Origin: Eledone cirrhosa
Taxonomy: Eukaryota
Assembly (NCBI GenBank): GCA_964016885.1
Contig: OZ024756.1
Span: 41,292,001-41,356,000 of the forward strand
Reading direction: 5' to 3'
Length of the DNA stretch: 64,000 bases
Shown: piece by piece, positions 1-16,484 of the stretch
Layout of the letters: each line of letters opens with the position of its first letter
How positions within the stretch are numbered: position 1 is the stretch's first letter
Notes under the pieces: generated by a model
Told to the model about the DNA's origin: nothing
The model's database searches: none
Seen by the model: the letters and a program-made list of their open reading frames with translations, nothing else
Program-made: the position numbers and the translations under genes

Positions 1-32
<32 letters not shown>

Positions 33-36
<4 letters not shown>

Positions 37-391
37 TAAAAGAGAAAACACAGGTAAGCATTAAGAGAAGGATTTTATCCAGGTATTTACGACCGTTTCA
101 TTGGTAAGTGCAACCTTATATTGCTATACTGCAAATAGCAGCCACTCAATGATAATTGAGTGGCTGCTATTTGCAATATAAGGTTGCACTTACCAATGAA
201 ACGGTCGTAAATACCTGGATAAAATCCTTCTCTTAATGCTTACCTGTGTTTTCTCTTTTATACTTTATACTCCAAGATTGAACGGAATTCTTACAAACTT
301 GTGGAGTTACCCCTAACCATACGTTGAAACCATCCATGAAACTGGCTTTCTTAACCAAGAACTGGATCACAATAAGCAATTTTCTGCTTCC

Positions 392-397
<6 letters not shown>
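33..397. mobile_element. Fold-back (inverted-repeat) element with 3' tail, Penelope-like pLTR remnant, between (TA)n tracts
   Basis: Arms 33-150 and 155-264 are reverse complements except for an 8-nt indel; loop is GATA. Unique tail 265-397. (TA)n on both sides. Contains the hammerhead 3' half GAAAC-G-GTC (198-206). Confidence 0.65.
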
Positions 398-459
<62 letters not shown>

Positions 460-520
460 ATATATATATACATATATATATATATGTGTGTGTATATATA
501 TATACATATATATATATATG

Positions 521-561
<41 letters not shown>

Positions 562-570
562 GTGTGTGTA

Positions 571-601
<31 letters not shown>

Positions 602-711
602 GTGTGTGTATATATATATATATCAATATACATATATATATATGTGTGTATATATATATATATCAATATACATATATATATGTGTGTATATATATATATA
701 TCAATATACAG

Positions 712-755
<44 letters not shown>

Positions 756-830
756 GGGTGTATGTATGTATGTATATATATATATATATATATATGTGTG
801 TATGGATATACGTATATATATATATATATA

Positions 831-881
<51 letters not shown>

Positions 882-963
882 ATGGGTATATGTGTGTATA
901 TATATATATATATGTGTGTATGGGTATATGTGTATATATATATATATATATGTGTGTGTATGG

Positions 964-1007
<44 letters not shown>

Positions 1008-1011
1008 ATGG

Positions 1012-1053
<42 letters not shown>

Positions 1054-1057
1054 ATGG

Positions 1058-1099
<42 letters not shown>

Positions 1100-1102
1100 A
1101 TG

Positions 1103-1156
<54 letters not shown>
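397..1156. repeat. Compound (TA)n/(TG)n microsatellite
   Basis: Direct reading; source of the YIYI/CVCV pseudo-ORFs. Confidence 0.97.
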
Positions 1157-1296
1157 GGTACAGTTTATATTTACCAAAATGTCTTCATTATTCTCTCTCT
1201 TCCTCCTGATTACTCTGTATCAATAGTCTGTAGACAATCAATATCTATAATTCAATTTCCTGTTTCTACAACAAGTCCAAATTAAGCTACCTTGAT

Positions 1297-1495
1297 CATG
1301 ATGATGATGATGGTTGTCACCATTATCATTATTATCACTGTTGTTGTTCTTCTTCTTGTTGTTCTCATTGTTATCATTATTAGTATTATTGTTATTAGTA
1401 TTGTTGTTATTTGTATTGTTGTTATTTGTATTGTTGTTATTTGTATCATTATTGTTGTTATTTTTGTTGTTGTTGTTGTTATTTTTGTTGTTGTC
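1297..1495. repeat. Trinucleotide low-complexity tract (ATG/TTG/ATT)
   Basis: Direct reading. Confidence 0.9.
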
Positions 1496-1762
1496 AAAGC
1501 AACATATAAAAAGAACAAAACAAAAACAGGAAAATACAAAAGCAACAAAAATAAACAAGTCTTGATTATTGTAATGAACAAATAATGATTACTAAAATAG
1601 ACCATTATATAATATATATATATTTGTGTGTATATATATATATTTGTGAGTGTATTTGTGTGTATATATATATATATATATATATTTGTGAGTGTATTTG
1701 TGTGTATATATATATATATATATATTTGTGAGTGTATTTGTGTGTATATATATATTTGTTTT

Positions 1763-1801
<39 letters not shown>

Positions 1802-1810
1802 GAGTGTATC

Positions 1811-1855
<45 letters not shown>

Positions 1856-1896
1856 GATTATGTATACATATATTATTTGTGTGTGTGTATAAATAT

Positions 1897-1998
1897 ATCA
1901 TCATCATCGTTTGACGGCCATCTTCCACACTAGCATGGGTTAGACAGTTTTGTTCCATTTGATGCGGGAATGGTCGGGAGACCATGTCTTGCTCGCAC
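1897..1998 (-). mobile_element. RTE-type SINE/LINE 3' tail fragment
   Basis: Reverse complement of the recurrent tail aacccatgctagtgtggaagatgg...(gat)n also seen at 18250-18297, 41385-41430 and 41590-41635. Confidence 0.75.
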
Positions 1999-2037
<39 letters not shown>

Positions 2038-2073
2038 ATTAACAAATGGAAACTATATTTATAAAACCATATT

Positions 2074-2138
2074 TATTTCATTATACATATTTCAAGGACA
2101 CCAAGTTAAATTATGGTGTGCTTTCATCAGATAAAATA
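2074..2138 (-). ncRNA. Minimal type I hammerhead ribozyme motif (mirror copy in left arm)
   Basis: Exact reverse complement of 2364-2428. Confidence 0.75.
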
Positions 2139-2363
2139 TAATATAGAGCAGTTTTATAAATAAATATTGACATACCCTTAAAGAATGCAACCATTACTGT
2201 TGGAAGCTCCCAGATAGTGGGGTTATAGCTTTATTTATACTATTATGTAAATTACATAGTAGTATAAATAAAGCTATAACCCCACTATCTGGGAGCTTCC
2301 AACAGTAATGGTTGCATTCTTTAAGGGTATGTCAATATTTATTTATAAAACTGCTCTATATTA

Positions 2364-2428
2364 TATTTTATCTGATGAAAGCACACCATAATTTAACTTG
2401 GTGTCCTTGAAATATGTATAATGAAATA
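2364..2428 (+). ncRNA. Minimal type I hammerhead ribozyme motif
   Basis: Stem I TATTTTAT(2364-71)/ATGAAATA(2421-28). Core CTGATGA 2372-78. Stem II AAGcACACCA..TGGTGTcCTT. GAAA 2409-12. Short self-complementary stem III ATATGTAT. Predicted AUA cleavage after 2420. Confidence 0.75.
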
Positions 2429-2991
2429 AATATGGTTTTATAAATATAGTTTCCATTTGTTAATATTGTATTTTTACTCCAATTATATGTTGAGTGCTTT
2501 ATATCAGTTATAAAAATATTTGCTTGTTGTATCCCAACAATTTAAATAGAACTTTTACATATATATATATATACGTTTATATAACCTGGTGGTGATGGCG
2601 TGATAAAATGCACTGAGGGGCACAGGATGATGTGTGATGAAGGCCTCTGGTCCATTGGTGTGACCTCATGTCAAATACTGGAAGGCTTATGTGTATGTAT
2701 GTATGTGTGTTTGTCTATGTATGTATGTATGTGTGTTTGTCTATGTATGTATGTATGTGTGTTTGTCTATGTATGTATGTATGTGTGTTTGTCTATGTAT
2801 GTATGCATATTGGTGTATATATGCCTGTCATCATCATCATCATTTTTCGTCCACTTTTCTTAGCTTGCAAGGAAATATATATCATCATCTGGAGTTCTAC
2901 CTGGAGTTGCGACCGATAGATGGTACTAGCAACTGGAAAGACTGACGGAAACATCGTTTGCTCGGTCCGATTTGACGAAAGTCGATCGATA

Positions 2992-3330
2992 TCATCATCC
3001 TCATTTTATGTCCGCTTTTCCCTGCTTGCAAGGGGGGGGGGTCCCATTCAGCACAGCATCTCTCCACTTGTCACGGTCCTTCATCATCTCCTCCGTAGAC
3101 TTCTGAGGTCAGCTCTCATCACCTCCGCCCATGTTTTTCGTGATCTTCCTCTACTGCGTCTTCCTTTAACTGGGATTTCTTGGCACTTCTTTACCCAGCG
3201 GTCATCCTCCAAGCGCATCACATGTCCATACCATCTCAGTTGTCTCTCCTACACACCTCTTACACCCAGTTTCTCTCTCAACTCATCTATGCCTGGTCAT
3301 TCACACACATTGACATTGCACATATGTTTG
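2992..3330 (-). mobile_element. Degenerate RTE-clade LINE 3' fragment
   Basis: The minus strand shows ELREKLGVRG and WYGHVMRLEDDRWVKKC pieces homologous to the 17515-17955 fragment, ending in a (gat)n tail. Confidence 0.8.
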
Positions 3331-3762
3331 GGTGTGTGTCTGTATTTGTTTCTGTGCAGTTATATTCACACTACTATTCATCATATTACCCACCATTACC
3401 CAGTGGCTAATATAATAATAAAGACAATTTTGGGAATACCATATATTTTTCTATTTTGTATCAAGCAATATATAGAACAGACAAAAAAACTCGAGCTATA
3501 AAAATTTAACTATATTTTTATAGCTTTACCCAGTAACCTTAGTATATGTTTCTGAAAGAAATATATTCTTTTGTTCGACTAGTTGACTTTATAAGATTTG
3601 AAAAAATTTGAAATTTCAAGTGTAGGTGTACCAAAACAAATGACCTGAACACCTTTAGTTGCCAACCTGGCCATAACTGGCTCTGGTTCTATGAAACAAT
3701 TTAAAAAAAAAAACATTTTAAAGGTTTTCAATTTAAATTAAAATCTTCCAACATTATTTTAT

Positions 3763-3954
3763 GTGGTGGATTGGCAGTATCGGTAGAAGGTCGGACACCA
3801 TGCTTTGCAGCATAGAGTTACGGCCCTTTATAGTCTGAGTTCAATTCCTGCCGAGGTCAACTTTGCCTTTCATCCTTACGGGGTCGATAAAATAAAGTAC
3901 CAGTAATGCACTGGGGTAATTGCTGGCCTTGTGCCAAAAGTAGAAACAATTATT
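3763..3954 (+). mobile_element. tRNA-headed Meta-domain SINE
   Basis: A-box-like tggcagtatcggtag, B-box-like gagttcaattc, core gcctttcatccttacggggtcgataaaataaagtaccag, tail ggccttgtgccaaaagtagaaacaattatt. Many copies in the window. Confidence 0.85.
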
Positions 3955-4092
3955 TTATATAGGAACCTTACATTAAGTTTCTATCTTAGTAATAAAATAA
4001 ATAATTTAATAAATCCCTCGAAATCTTCCCTTAATTGTAATAGTGTATTTCATTAGACATGTGGGCTTGAAGAGGATTTGTAGAGGTGAGGA

Positions 4093-4255
4093 AAGTTGAT
4101 TAAATCGACCCCAGTACATTACTGGTACTTTATTTTATCGACCCCATGAAGATGAAAGGCAAAACTAACCTCAGCAGGATTTGAACTCAGAAAGTAAAGG
4201 GCCATAACTCGATGCTGCAAAGGATGTCCGACGCTCTACCGATTACTGCCAATTC
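4093..4255 (-). mobile_element. Meta-domain SINE copy
   Basis: Reverse complement of the same head and core. Confidence 0.85.
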
Positions 4256-4256
4256 A

Positions 4257-4444
4257 AATAATTGTTTCTACTTTTGGCACAAGGCCAGCAATTACCCAGT
4301 ACATTACTGGTACTTTATTTTATCGACCCCGTAAGGATGAAAGGCAAAGTTGACTTTGGCAGGATTTGAACTCAGAATGGCAAGGGCCGCAACTCTATGC
4401 GTCAAAGCATGTTGTCCGACGCTCTACCAATTACTGCCAATCCA
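4257..4444 (-). mobile_element. Meta-domain SINE copy (full length)
   Basis: Reverse complement of 3763-3954 with scattered substitutions. Confidence 0.85.
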
Positions 4445-4738
4445 AATAATAGTCGATTACTTGGAGTAATATTAGAGAAAATGAAGTAAAAGAAAAGGAG
4501 AAGAGAGAGAGAGAGAGAGAGAGAGTTAGAAGAAACAGGTCTTATGTGCTGTTACACATCATATACATAAGGAAAACATTATACACGGTACAAAATCGGA
4601 ATGATCCCTTTCCAGGGGCAGCGGACGAAGGATATCCCTCTTTTCCTCTCCTTCTTCTTTGTCCTCTCCATCTACAATATTTTCCATATGTATATTACAC
4701 ACACACACACACACAAGTGCTAGTAGGGGTTGGACCAG

Positions 4739-6541
<1,803 letters not shown>

Positions 6542-6543
<2 letters not shown>

Positions 6544-7151
6544 GGTGGCTGCCAACTCGTTTTCGAGTACGGCCACTACTTTATATCCATGTAGGAGAAC
6601 CCCTACCGATGCGCTGAACGAGTGTGACTTTTTAGTCCAGCCAGTGACTTGAAAACTCTGGTACAAACACTACACTTGTGACAATTATTGACACATAGTG
6701 CTGGGCCCATGGTACCATGTGACGACAAGTGCAGAGAGATCTCCAGATATAAAGCAATGCCTGTGCCGTGAAGCTTTTATAGTGAGCAAAGGCACTGCAC
6801 AAAGCCAGTCCCACTCTCTTAACCAAGATGATATTTACCAAAAAGAAGAACAAGTCAACATCATTGGATACCATCAGGGTTGCAGGTGTTATATCAGAGT
6901 TTTCCTTCTCCTAGAATTCTGCCTTGACAAAGGCTAAGGGGTCATCTCTCCCGGTGATTTTGGATGGCCATTGACTCTTAAGAGCTCCTTTGCCCTTTGA
7001 CAGGTTTTGTTTTTAGTCCTGCAGGATGTCCAAAGTCACCCTCCTCACCAAGAAACCTTGGTGGGGTTGCCAGTTTAGTCGCCAACGACCCGACCATGAG
7101 ACAGGTTGTACTGGGATACATGTTACCAGTAGCACCAACTGGTGACCTGAC
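6542..7151 (-). mobile_element. ~610-bp non-autonomous bipartite RTE-derived retroelement, copy A
   Basis: Highly similar reverse complement of 51405-52012. The 3' part encodes a C2H2-like remnant [19 protein letters not shown] typical of RTE ORF ends. RTE 5'UTR-like motif ctaggagaaggaaaactctgat. Both ends abut (TA)n. Confidence 0.8.
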
Positions 7152-10015
<2,864 letters not shown>

Positions 10016-10214
10016 AGATAGACGCACAGACACATGCATATATAGATGATGATGATAATATTTATATATATATATATATATGTGTGTGTGTCTGTGTTTA
10101 ATGTTTTTGTCTATGTATTGTAAGTTAGAGGTTTGTCCAAATAGATTGATAAAACAACTCCCTGACCTGCTTGTGTAGTCACAAATCTGGTTGTGTAGTC
10201 GCAGACATGGCCTT

Positions 10215-10793
10215 GTAGCTTCAGGTGTGGCTGTGTAGCTACAGGTGTGGCTGTGTAGCTACAGGTGTGGCTGTGTAGCTACAGGTGTGGCTGTGTAGCT
10301 ACAGGTGTGGCTGTGTAGCTACAGGTGTGGCTGTGTAGCTACAGGTGTGGCTGTGTAGCTTCAGGTGTAGCTGTGTAGCTTCAGGTGTAGCTGTGTAGCT
10401 TCAGGTGTAGCTGTGTAGCTTCAGGTGTGGCTGTGTAGCTACAGGTGTGGCTGTGTAGCTACAGGTGTGGCTGTGTAGCTACAGGTGTAGCTGTGTAGCT
10501 ACAGGTGTAGCTGTGTAGCTACAGGTGTGGCTGTGTAGCTACAGGTGTGGCTGTGTAGCTACAGGTGTGGCTGTGTAGCTACAGGTGTGGCTGTGTAGCT
10601 ACAGGTGTAGCTGTGTAGCTACAGGTGTGGCTGTGTAGCTACAGGTGTGGCTGTGTAGCTACAGGTGTGGCTGTGTAAGCTACAGGTGTGGCTGTGTAGC
10701 TACAGGTGTAGCTGTGTAGCTACAGGTGTGGCTGTGTAGCTACAGGTGTGGCTGTGTAGCTACAGGTGTGGCTGTGTAGCTACAGGTGTGGCT
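10215..10793. repeat. 20-bp minisatellite (acaggtgtggctgtgtagct)
   Basis: About 29 tandem copies read directly. Confidence 0.97.
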
Positions 10794-11393
10794 GGGGGGC
10801 AGAGTCCTGAAACATGCCTTCCAGCAGGTCCTGTCAGGAGCAACCATCTCCAATTAATCCAGAGGCGGGGGGGGGGGTCTATATTAATGACTAAATCTCC
10901 TGAAAGTGGTGCCCCAGCATGGCCACAGTCTCATGACTTAAACAGTAAAGAATGTTGAACCACGTCTCACTTTTAACCACCACCTCGCCATACCACCATT
11001 TACCTTTTCATATGTTTTCTAAGATATTTTGTTAAATATCTATCAGTTAAATATATGACGTATTAATAATAATATCCTATATTTAGTTAACTGTTCTACA
11101 AGGTAGCTTTACCTGTTTCACTCTCCCCTCTACACCTTTATTCCCCCTCCCTTGACAACCTATTATTTTGTCACTGACAGGTTTGCATTCAACACATGCA
11201 GGACATTCTCTCTGTTGACAGTCTGGACAGTCTGGACAGTCTGGACAGTCTGGACAGTCTGTCTTACCACATATATGTCTTACCACATATATTTCTAGTT
11301 TATTATTCTTTCCTCCTTGTATTAAACTCTCACATAATCTGTTGGTTACGGCCCTCTCCTTCTTTTAATACTCCACACATTTATTACATTAAC

Positions 11394-11775
11394 ACATAAC
11401 TTAGTATTCACGTCTGCTTTATCATAATACTTCATGTAAGTAATATATTAAGACTAACATAACTTAGTATTCACGTCTGCTTTATCATAATACTTCATGT
11501 AAGTAATATATTAAGACTAACATAACTTAGTATTCACGTCTGCTTTATCATAATACTTCATGTAAGTAATATATTAAGACTAACATAACTTAGTATTCAC
11601 GTCTGCTTTATCATAATACTTCATGTAAGTAATATATTAAGACTAACATAACTTAGTATTCACGTCTGCTTTATTATAATACTTCATGTAAGTAATATAT
11701 TAAGATTAACATAACTTAGTATTCACGTCTGCTTTATCATAATACTTCATGTAAGTAATATATTAAGATTAACAT
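11394..11775. repeat. 63-bp minisatellite, about 6 copies
   Basis: ttagtattcacgtctgc recurs at 11401, 11464, 11527 and onward. Confidence 0.97.
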
Positions 11776-11844
11776 TATCTCTTGTTCATGTTTTCTTCTT
11801 CTTCACCTATTTATTCTTGATAGAGAGACAGCTATGGTGGCAGA

Positions 11845-11972
11845 GTCCTCAGTAGGTCCTGGTAGAAGCAACTGTCCCTAATTGATCTGGCTGGATCCCC
11901 CAAATGTGACCAGCCAAGCTCACGAATGTTATCCAACCATCTTTCTTAAGGTCTACTCCTTGGTCTCCTCTT
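11845..11972 (-). mobile_element. Old RTE LINE 3' ORF fragment
   Basis: Minus strand RRPRSRP*ERWLDNIRELGWSHLG resembles the RTE RPRGRPR.RW.D motif. Paralogues at 49725-49850 and 10820-10865. Confidence 0.65.
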
Positions 11973-12705
11973 TCTTCACTTTGCCTCTAAAATCTATCTA
12001 GCGATTCTTTTCTGAGACATTCTAACCACGTCTGTAATATCAGAGCTGTGATCTTGTTTTGGAGACCTAGGGTTAAACAAGAACTATATAGGTGGGTAGG
12101 AGGAATGGAGAAAAGAATTTCTAGAAAAAAGATTAACAAAAAAACAACAAAGCAACTTTTATGGGATGACAAATAATTAAGTAAATGAAAGTCTAAATTA
12201 GAAGAGTAAAAATATGTCTGGATTTTCTATTAATCAGTGTTTAAGATGAGAGAGAGAGAGAGTGTGTGTGTTTGTGTGTGAGGGAGAGAGTGTGTTTGTG
12301 TGAGAGGGAGAGGGTGTGTGAGAGGGAGAGTGTTTCTGAGAGAGAGAGAGTGTTTGTGTGAGAGGGAGAGAGTGTTTGAGAGAAAAAGAGTGTGTTTGTG
12401 TGAGAGAGAGTGTGTTTGTGAGAGAGTGTGTGTGTTTGTGTGTGAGAGTGTGTGTTTGTGTGAGAGAGGGAGTGTGTGTGTGTGTGTTTGTATATATATA
12501 TATAATCTGGAATTTAAATAAGATAGACTAAATATAAAAGAAACACGTGGGTTGAAGAGTATAGTGTTTCAAACTAACTTTAGTTTATACATACATGGAT
12601 GAATGTGTGTATATCTTCTGTATATACATGGATATATATATATATAAAAGTATATGTGTATATATCTACGAATGTATTTATATATGTCTATGTATTTATG
12701 TATGT

Positions 12706-12739
<34 letters not shown>

Positions 12740-12911
12740 TATACACACACACATATATTATACACACTGTTTGGAATACAATTTCAGTGAAAACCTTTTC
12801 CCCCTCCCTTCCCCAAAATTCTGTGTGGGAATAGATATATGTTGGGGTCTTTGGTAAGAATTGGTAGGGCTTGTGGAATAGATAGATAATAATAATTTTC
12901 TAATACAACAC

Positions 12912-13022
12912 TTATTGTTTAGCCCTAGGTTAGTCTTGATCCAGCATACCTGTGATCCAAACTGTTCCAGTAGAACTCTGATCAAAGATGTTCCAGCCAA
13001 TACCGACCGTCCTGTCTTTTGT
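12912..13022 (+). mobile_element. Dispersed repeat (gttgtttagccctaggt...gatcaaag...ttccagcc family)
   Basis: Related copies at 40727-40800, 54935-55000 and 12040-12080 (minus). Confidence 0.6.
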
Positions 13023-13761
13023 ATTTCAGACACAATGTATCTTGGACTACACTATCCAACCAATCCTTCATTTGTTGATCAATTCCTCTTTGCTTAAACT
13101 GGAAACAGTTGTTTTTTTTCTTCTGTTTCTTTTAGAAATATTTTTGAAAAGATTACCTTAGATCACAATAGTACCTTCTGTCACACCCAGATGTCAGAGG
13201 TCAGTGTCTACACACGCAGTTTACCACCCACAACTTTCCTAACTTAGTAGGTGGTGAAGTTTTGAGGAAATATCATTATTATTTCTAGCAGGTTAGTTGA
13301 GCTATTCAGCAGAACTTCCTAACTCTGCTCATAATAAAATAGTTTTTTTTTCTTCTATTTTCTTAGTTTTTTTTTGTATATTCTTTTCAAATATATTTCT
13401 TTTTTCCCTTTTATAACCTTACATAATTTGGCTGGAGGGGGTGAGGTACTGTCAGGATAACCTTACATAGTTTGACTGGAGGGGGTGGGGGTTATAACCT
13501 TACCTATGTTGACTGGGTGGGGGATGTCTGGTTTAACTTTCAATAGATTTCTGTTCTTAGATCCCTTGCCCCCCCCCCCCCCCCCCTCACTCACTCTTCC
13601 GAGGATTCATGATATCAGAGATTGATATGGCTGGTTGTGTTGATGAGATGGTGGAGAGTTGTTGTAGTAAGGACGCACAGACAAAACCTTGTAGGCTGTA
13701 GAAGCACGGGAGGTCCTCTCAGACAGATACAGTTGTAGAAATGATCCACACACACCTTCGG

Positions 13762-14088
13762 GAGATTATATACACTCTCTTAGAGGGCTGATATTTTGGG
13801 AAATATATATACAGGATGTCCCACTAAAATATATACACACTTCAACAGCATTCTAATAATGTGTATACATTTTTGGGGCACACCATGTATTTTTCCCTAA
13901 CATGTTTTTATTTCAGACTATATACACGTTTCAGAGATTATATACACTCTCTTAGAAGGTTGATATTTTGGGAGAAATATATATATATAGGGTGTCCCAA
14001 AAATGTTTATATACTGCAACAGCATTCTAATAAAAATATGAATACATTTTTTTTGGAACACCCTGTATTTTTCCCTAACATATGTTTT
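13762..14088. mobile_element. Tandem ~172-bp duplication, each unit containing an ~80-bp Tc1/mariner-like MITE
   Basis: TIR pairs tacaggatgtccc(13810)/gggcacaccatgta(13889) and tatagggtgtccc(13986)/ggaacaccctgta(14067), with TA ends. Confidence 0.7.
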
Positions 14089-14456
14089 TTGGAGCCTACT
14101 ACTCTAGAACAACACCAGAGCCAGGTTATAAATAGGGCAGAATTGGCTTTGAGCCAAGTCCCTGGTCCTCTGAAGATCTCACAGAAGGAGATGGAGGACT
14201 GTAATTGAAATAAGTTTTAGTTTAATTAATCCAGCTGACAGCACAACATATTATTTAAACCTCCCACACATTCACACTCAGGTTTTTAGTTGAAATTCCT
14301 GCTGCTGGGAAGGACATGTCAGATTTTCATGCCTTGAAGGTTGTTAAAGTAAGTACCAGTAATTGGACTTGGGGTAGTAGGTAGTATGGTTATCATCATC
14401 AGCAGCATCGCCACCAACACCACTACTACTAGCACCACTGTGACCACCACCACCAT

Positions 14457-14637
14457 AAATAATTGTTTCTACTTTTGGCACAAGGCCAGCAATTACTCAG
14501 TGCATTCTGGTACTTTAATTTATTGACCCCGTAAGGATGAAAGGCAAAGTTAACCTTGACGGGATTTGAACTCAGATCGTAAAGGGACGTAACTATGCTA
14601 GAAAGAATGGCCTCCGACCCTCTACCGATACTGCCAA
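14457..14637 (-). mobile_element. Meta-domain SINE copy
   Basis: Reverse complement of the 3763-3954 family. Confidence 0.85.
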
Positions 14638-14710
14638 TATAATATTGCTACCTCCACTACCACCACTACCACTACAGTAAAACCAACTGAGACAGACACT
14701 ACATTGTGAT

Positions 14711-15548
14711 GATTTGAGCCTGACACTACAGTGAGATTTGAGCCAGTCACTACAGTGAGATTTGAGCCAGTCACTACAGTGAGATTTGAGCCAGTCACTA
14801 CAGTGAGATTTGAGCCAGTCACTACAGTGAGATTTGAGCCAGACACTACAGTGAGATTTGAGCCTGTCACTACAGTGAGATTTGAGCCAGACACTACAGT
14901 GAGATTTGAGCCTGTCACTACAGTGAGATTTGAGCCTGTCACTACAGTGAGATTTGAGCCTGTCACTACAGTGAGATTTGAGCCAGACACTACAGTGAGA
15001 TTTGAGCCAGACACTACAGTGAGATTTGAGCCAGTCACTACAGTGAGATTTGAGCCAGTCACTACAGTGAGATTTGAGCCAGTCACTACAGTGAGATTTG
15101 AGCCAGACACTACAGTGAGATTTGAGCCAGACACTACAGTGAGATTTGAGCCAGTCACTACAGTGAGATTTGAGCCAGTCACTACAGTGAGATTTGAGCC
15201 TGTCACTACAGTGAGATTTGAGCCTGTCACTACAATGAGATTTGAGCCTGTCACTACAATGAGATTTGAGCCTGTCACTACAATGAGATTTGAGCCAGAC
15301 ACTACAATGAGATTTGAGCCAGACACTACAGTGAGATTTGAGCCAGTCACTACAGTGAGATTTGAGCCAGTCACTACAGTGAGATTTGAGCCAGACACTA
15401 CAGTGAGATTTGAGCCAGACACTACAGTGAGATTTGAGCCAGACACTACAGTGAGATTTGAGCCAGACACTACAGTGAGATTTGAGCCAGACACTACAGT
15501 GAGATTTGAGCCAGACACTACAGTGAGATTTGAGCCAGACACTACAGT
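14711..15548. repeat. 30-bp minisatellite (gatttgagccagtcactacagtga core), about 28 copies
   Basis: Direct reading. The RFEPVTTV / SGSNLTVV ORFs are by-products. Confidence 0.9.
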
Positions 15549-15971
15549 TATGATTGTGACACCCTGTTTAGTTCATCAGTCCATTTCTGTCTAGCAATGC
15601 TTTTAAGATAATCTCTACTATAAAACATTGAATCTAATTAGGGAATCACTAATTTAAAGCGACTAGCAATTGTTAATGGCTATAATATAAAAGGCATTAA
15701 TTATTGTCTATTAATGATAGAGGTCTGGTTGACTGAGAACAAAAGTAGGTTTGGCTAGTGAAGATTGATTTGTAAGTTAATGAGCTGAGGCTGGAGAAGT
15801 TCTGTGTTTAAAATCTCTTTTAGGTCAAGTCTCAATTGATTTCTAGTGATGAGCTTGGAGGATCTTAGTAGTTAGGTCTGTGTTTAGAATCTGCTTTGGT
15901 CAATTTGTTGGATATTTAATCATTCATTTTGTGGAGGAGTGAAGAAAAGTGATCTGTGAAATTAATACGGT

Positions 15972-16330
15972 AACAAATAGACAAGAGTGTTAGAACAGGG
16001 GTGTTAGAACAGATGTGAAATTAGTAAGGTGACAAATAGACAAGAGTGTTAGAACGGGGGATGACAGGGGTGTTAGAATAGATGTGAAATTAGTAAGGTG
16101 ACAAATAGACACAAGTGTTAGAACAGGGGATGACAGGGGTGTTAGAACAGATGTGAAATTAGTAAGGTGACAAATAGACACAAGTGTTAGAACAGGGGAT
16201 GACAGGGGTGTTAGAACAGATGTGAAATTAGTAAGGTGACAAATAGACACGAGTGTTAGAACAGGGGATGACAGGGGTGTTAGAACAGATGTGAAATTAG
16301 TAAGGTGACAAATAGACATGAGTGTTAGAA
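15972..16330. repeat. 69-bp minisatellite, about 5 copies
   Basis: Unit gtgttagaacagatgtgaaattagtaaggtgacaaatagac...; runs into a degenerate SINE head. Confidence 0.93.
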
Positions 16331-16441
16331 TGAAGGATGAAATACTTTGCAGTATTCATTTCACTTCCTGGCATTTTGAATTCAAATCCTAGAGGTCGAT
16401 TTACCTTACATCCTTCAGGGGTTGATTTAAAAAGTACCAGT
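16320..16441 (+). mobile_element. Degenerate Meta-domain SINE
   Basis: gaattcaaatcc...gaggtcgatttaccttacatccttcaggggttgat...aagtaccagt. Confidence 0.65.
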
Positions 16442-16484
16442 CTAGGGTAGTGGGTTGGTGGAACCAGTTTAGCATCACCACTGT

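Larger units (their letters stand above)
2031..2557. mobile_element. Near-perfect 441-bp palindrome (2031-2471) plus 3' tail (2472-2557), Penelope-like pLTR-derived, in (TA)n
   Basis: 220-bp arms centred on 2251 with one mismatch that I could see. Each arm carries a hammerhead motif. Flanked by (TA)n at 2000-2033 and 2559-2573. Confidence 0.8.

Noticed and set aside
2600-2685. KCTEGHRMMCDEGLWSIGVTSC, reminiscent of a Sushi/CCP half-domain
   Set aside because: Cys spacing is too short, there are no good splice sites and no partner exon was found.
3763-3860. tRNA-like A/B boxes
   Set aside because: These are SINE heads with no cloverleaf; not tRNA genes.
11083-11286. Cys-rich ORF CPDCPDCPDCPDCQQRECPACVEC (metallothionein-like)
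   Set aside because: The CPD run is a 9-bp tandem repeat next to a 16-bp duplication. No convincing start or splice context.
13595-13695. Faint resemblance of the candidate exon peptide (SISDIMNPRK) to NUF2
   Set aside because: Only a few residues match, and no following KRT..FLS.IINF exon could be found.
15570-15582. Other CTGATGA matches (15573 minus, 36887, 40958)
   Set aside because: No properly placed GAAA, stems or cleavage triplet; chance heptamers.
14622-15594. Repetitive ORFs resembling mucin, adhesin or antifreeze proteins (also 21720-22565, 23005-23584, 34833-36009, 46180-46930)
   Set aside because: Open on both strands or in multiple frames because unit lengths are multiples of 3. 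No signal peptide or non-repetitive domain, and some arrays contain frameshifting units.
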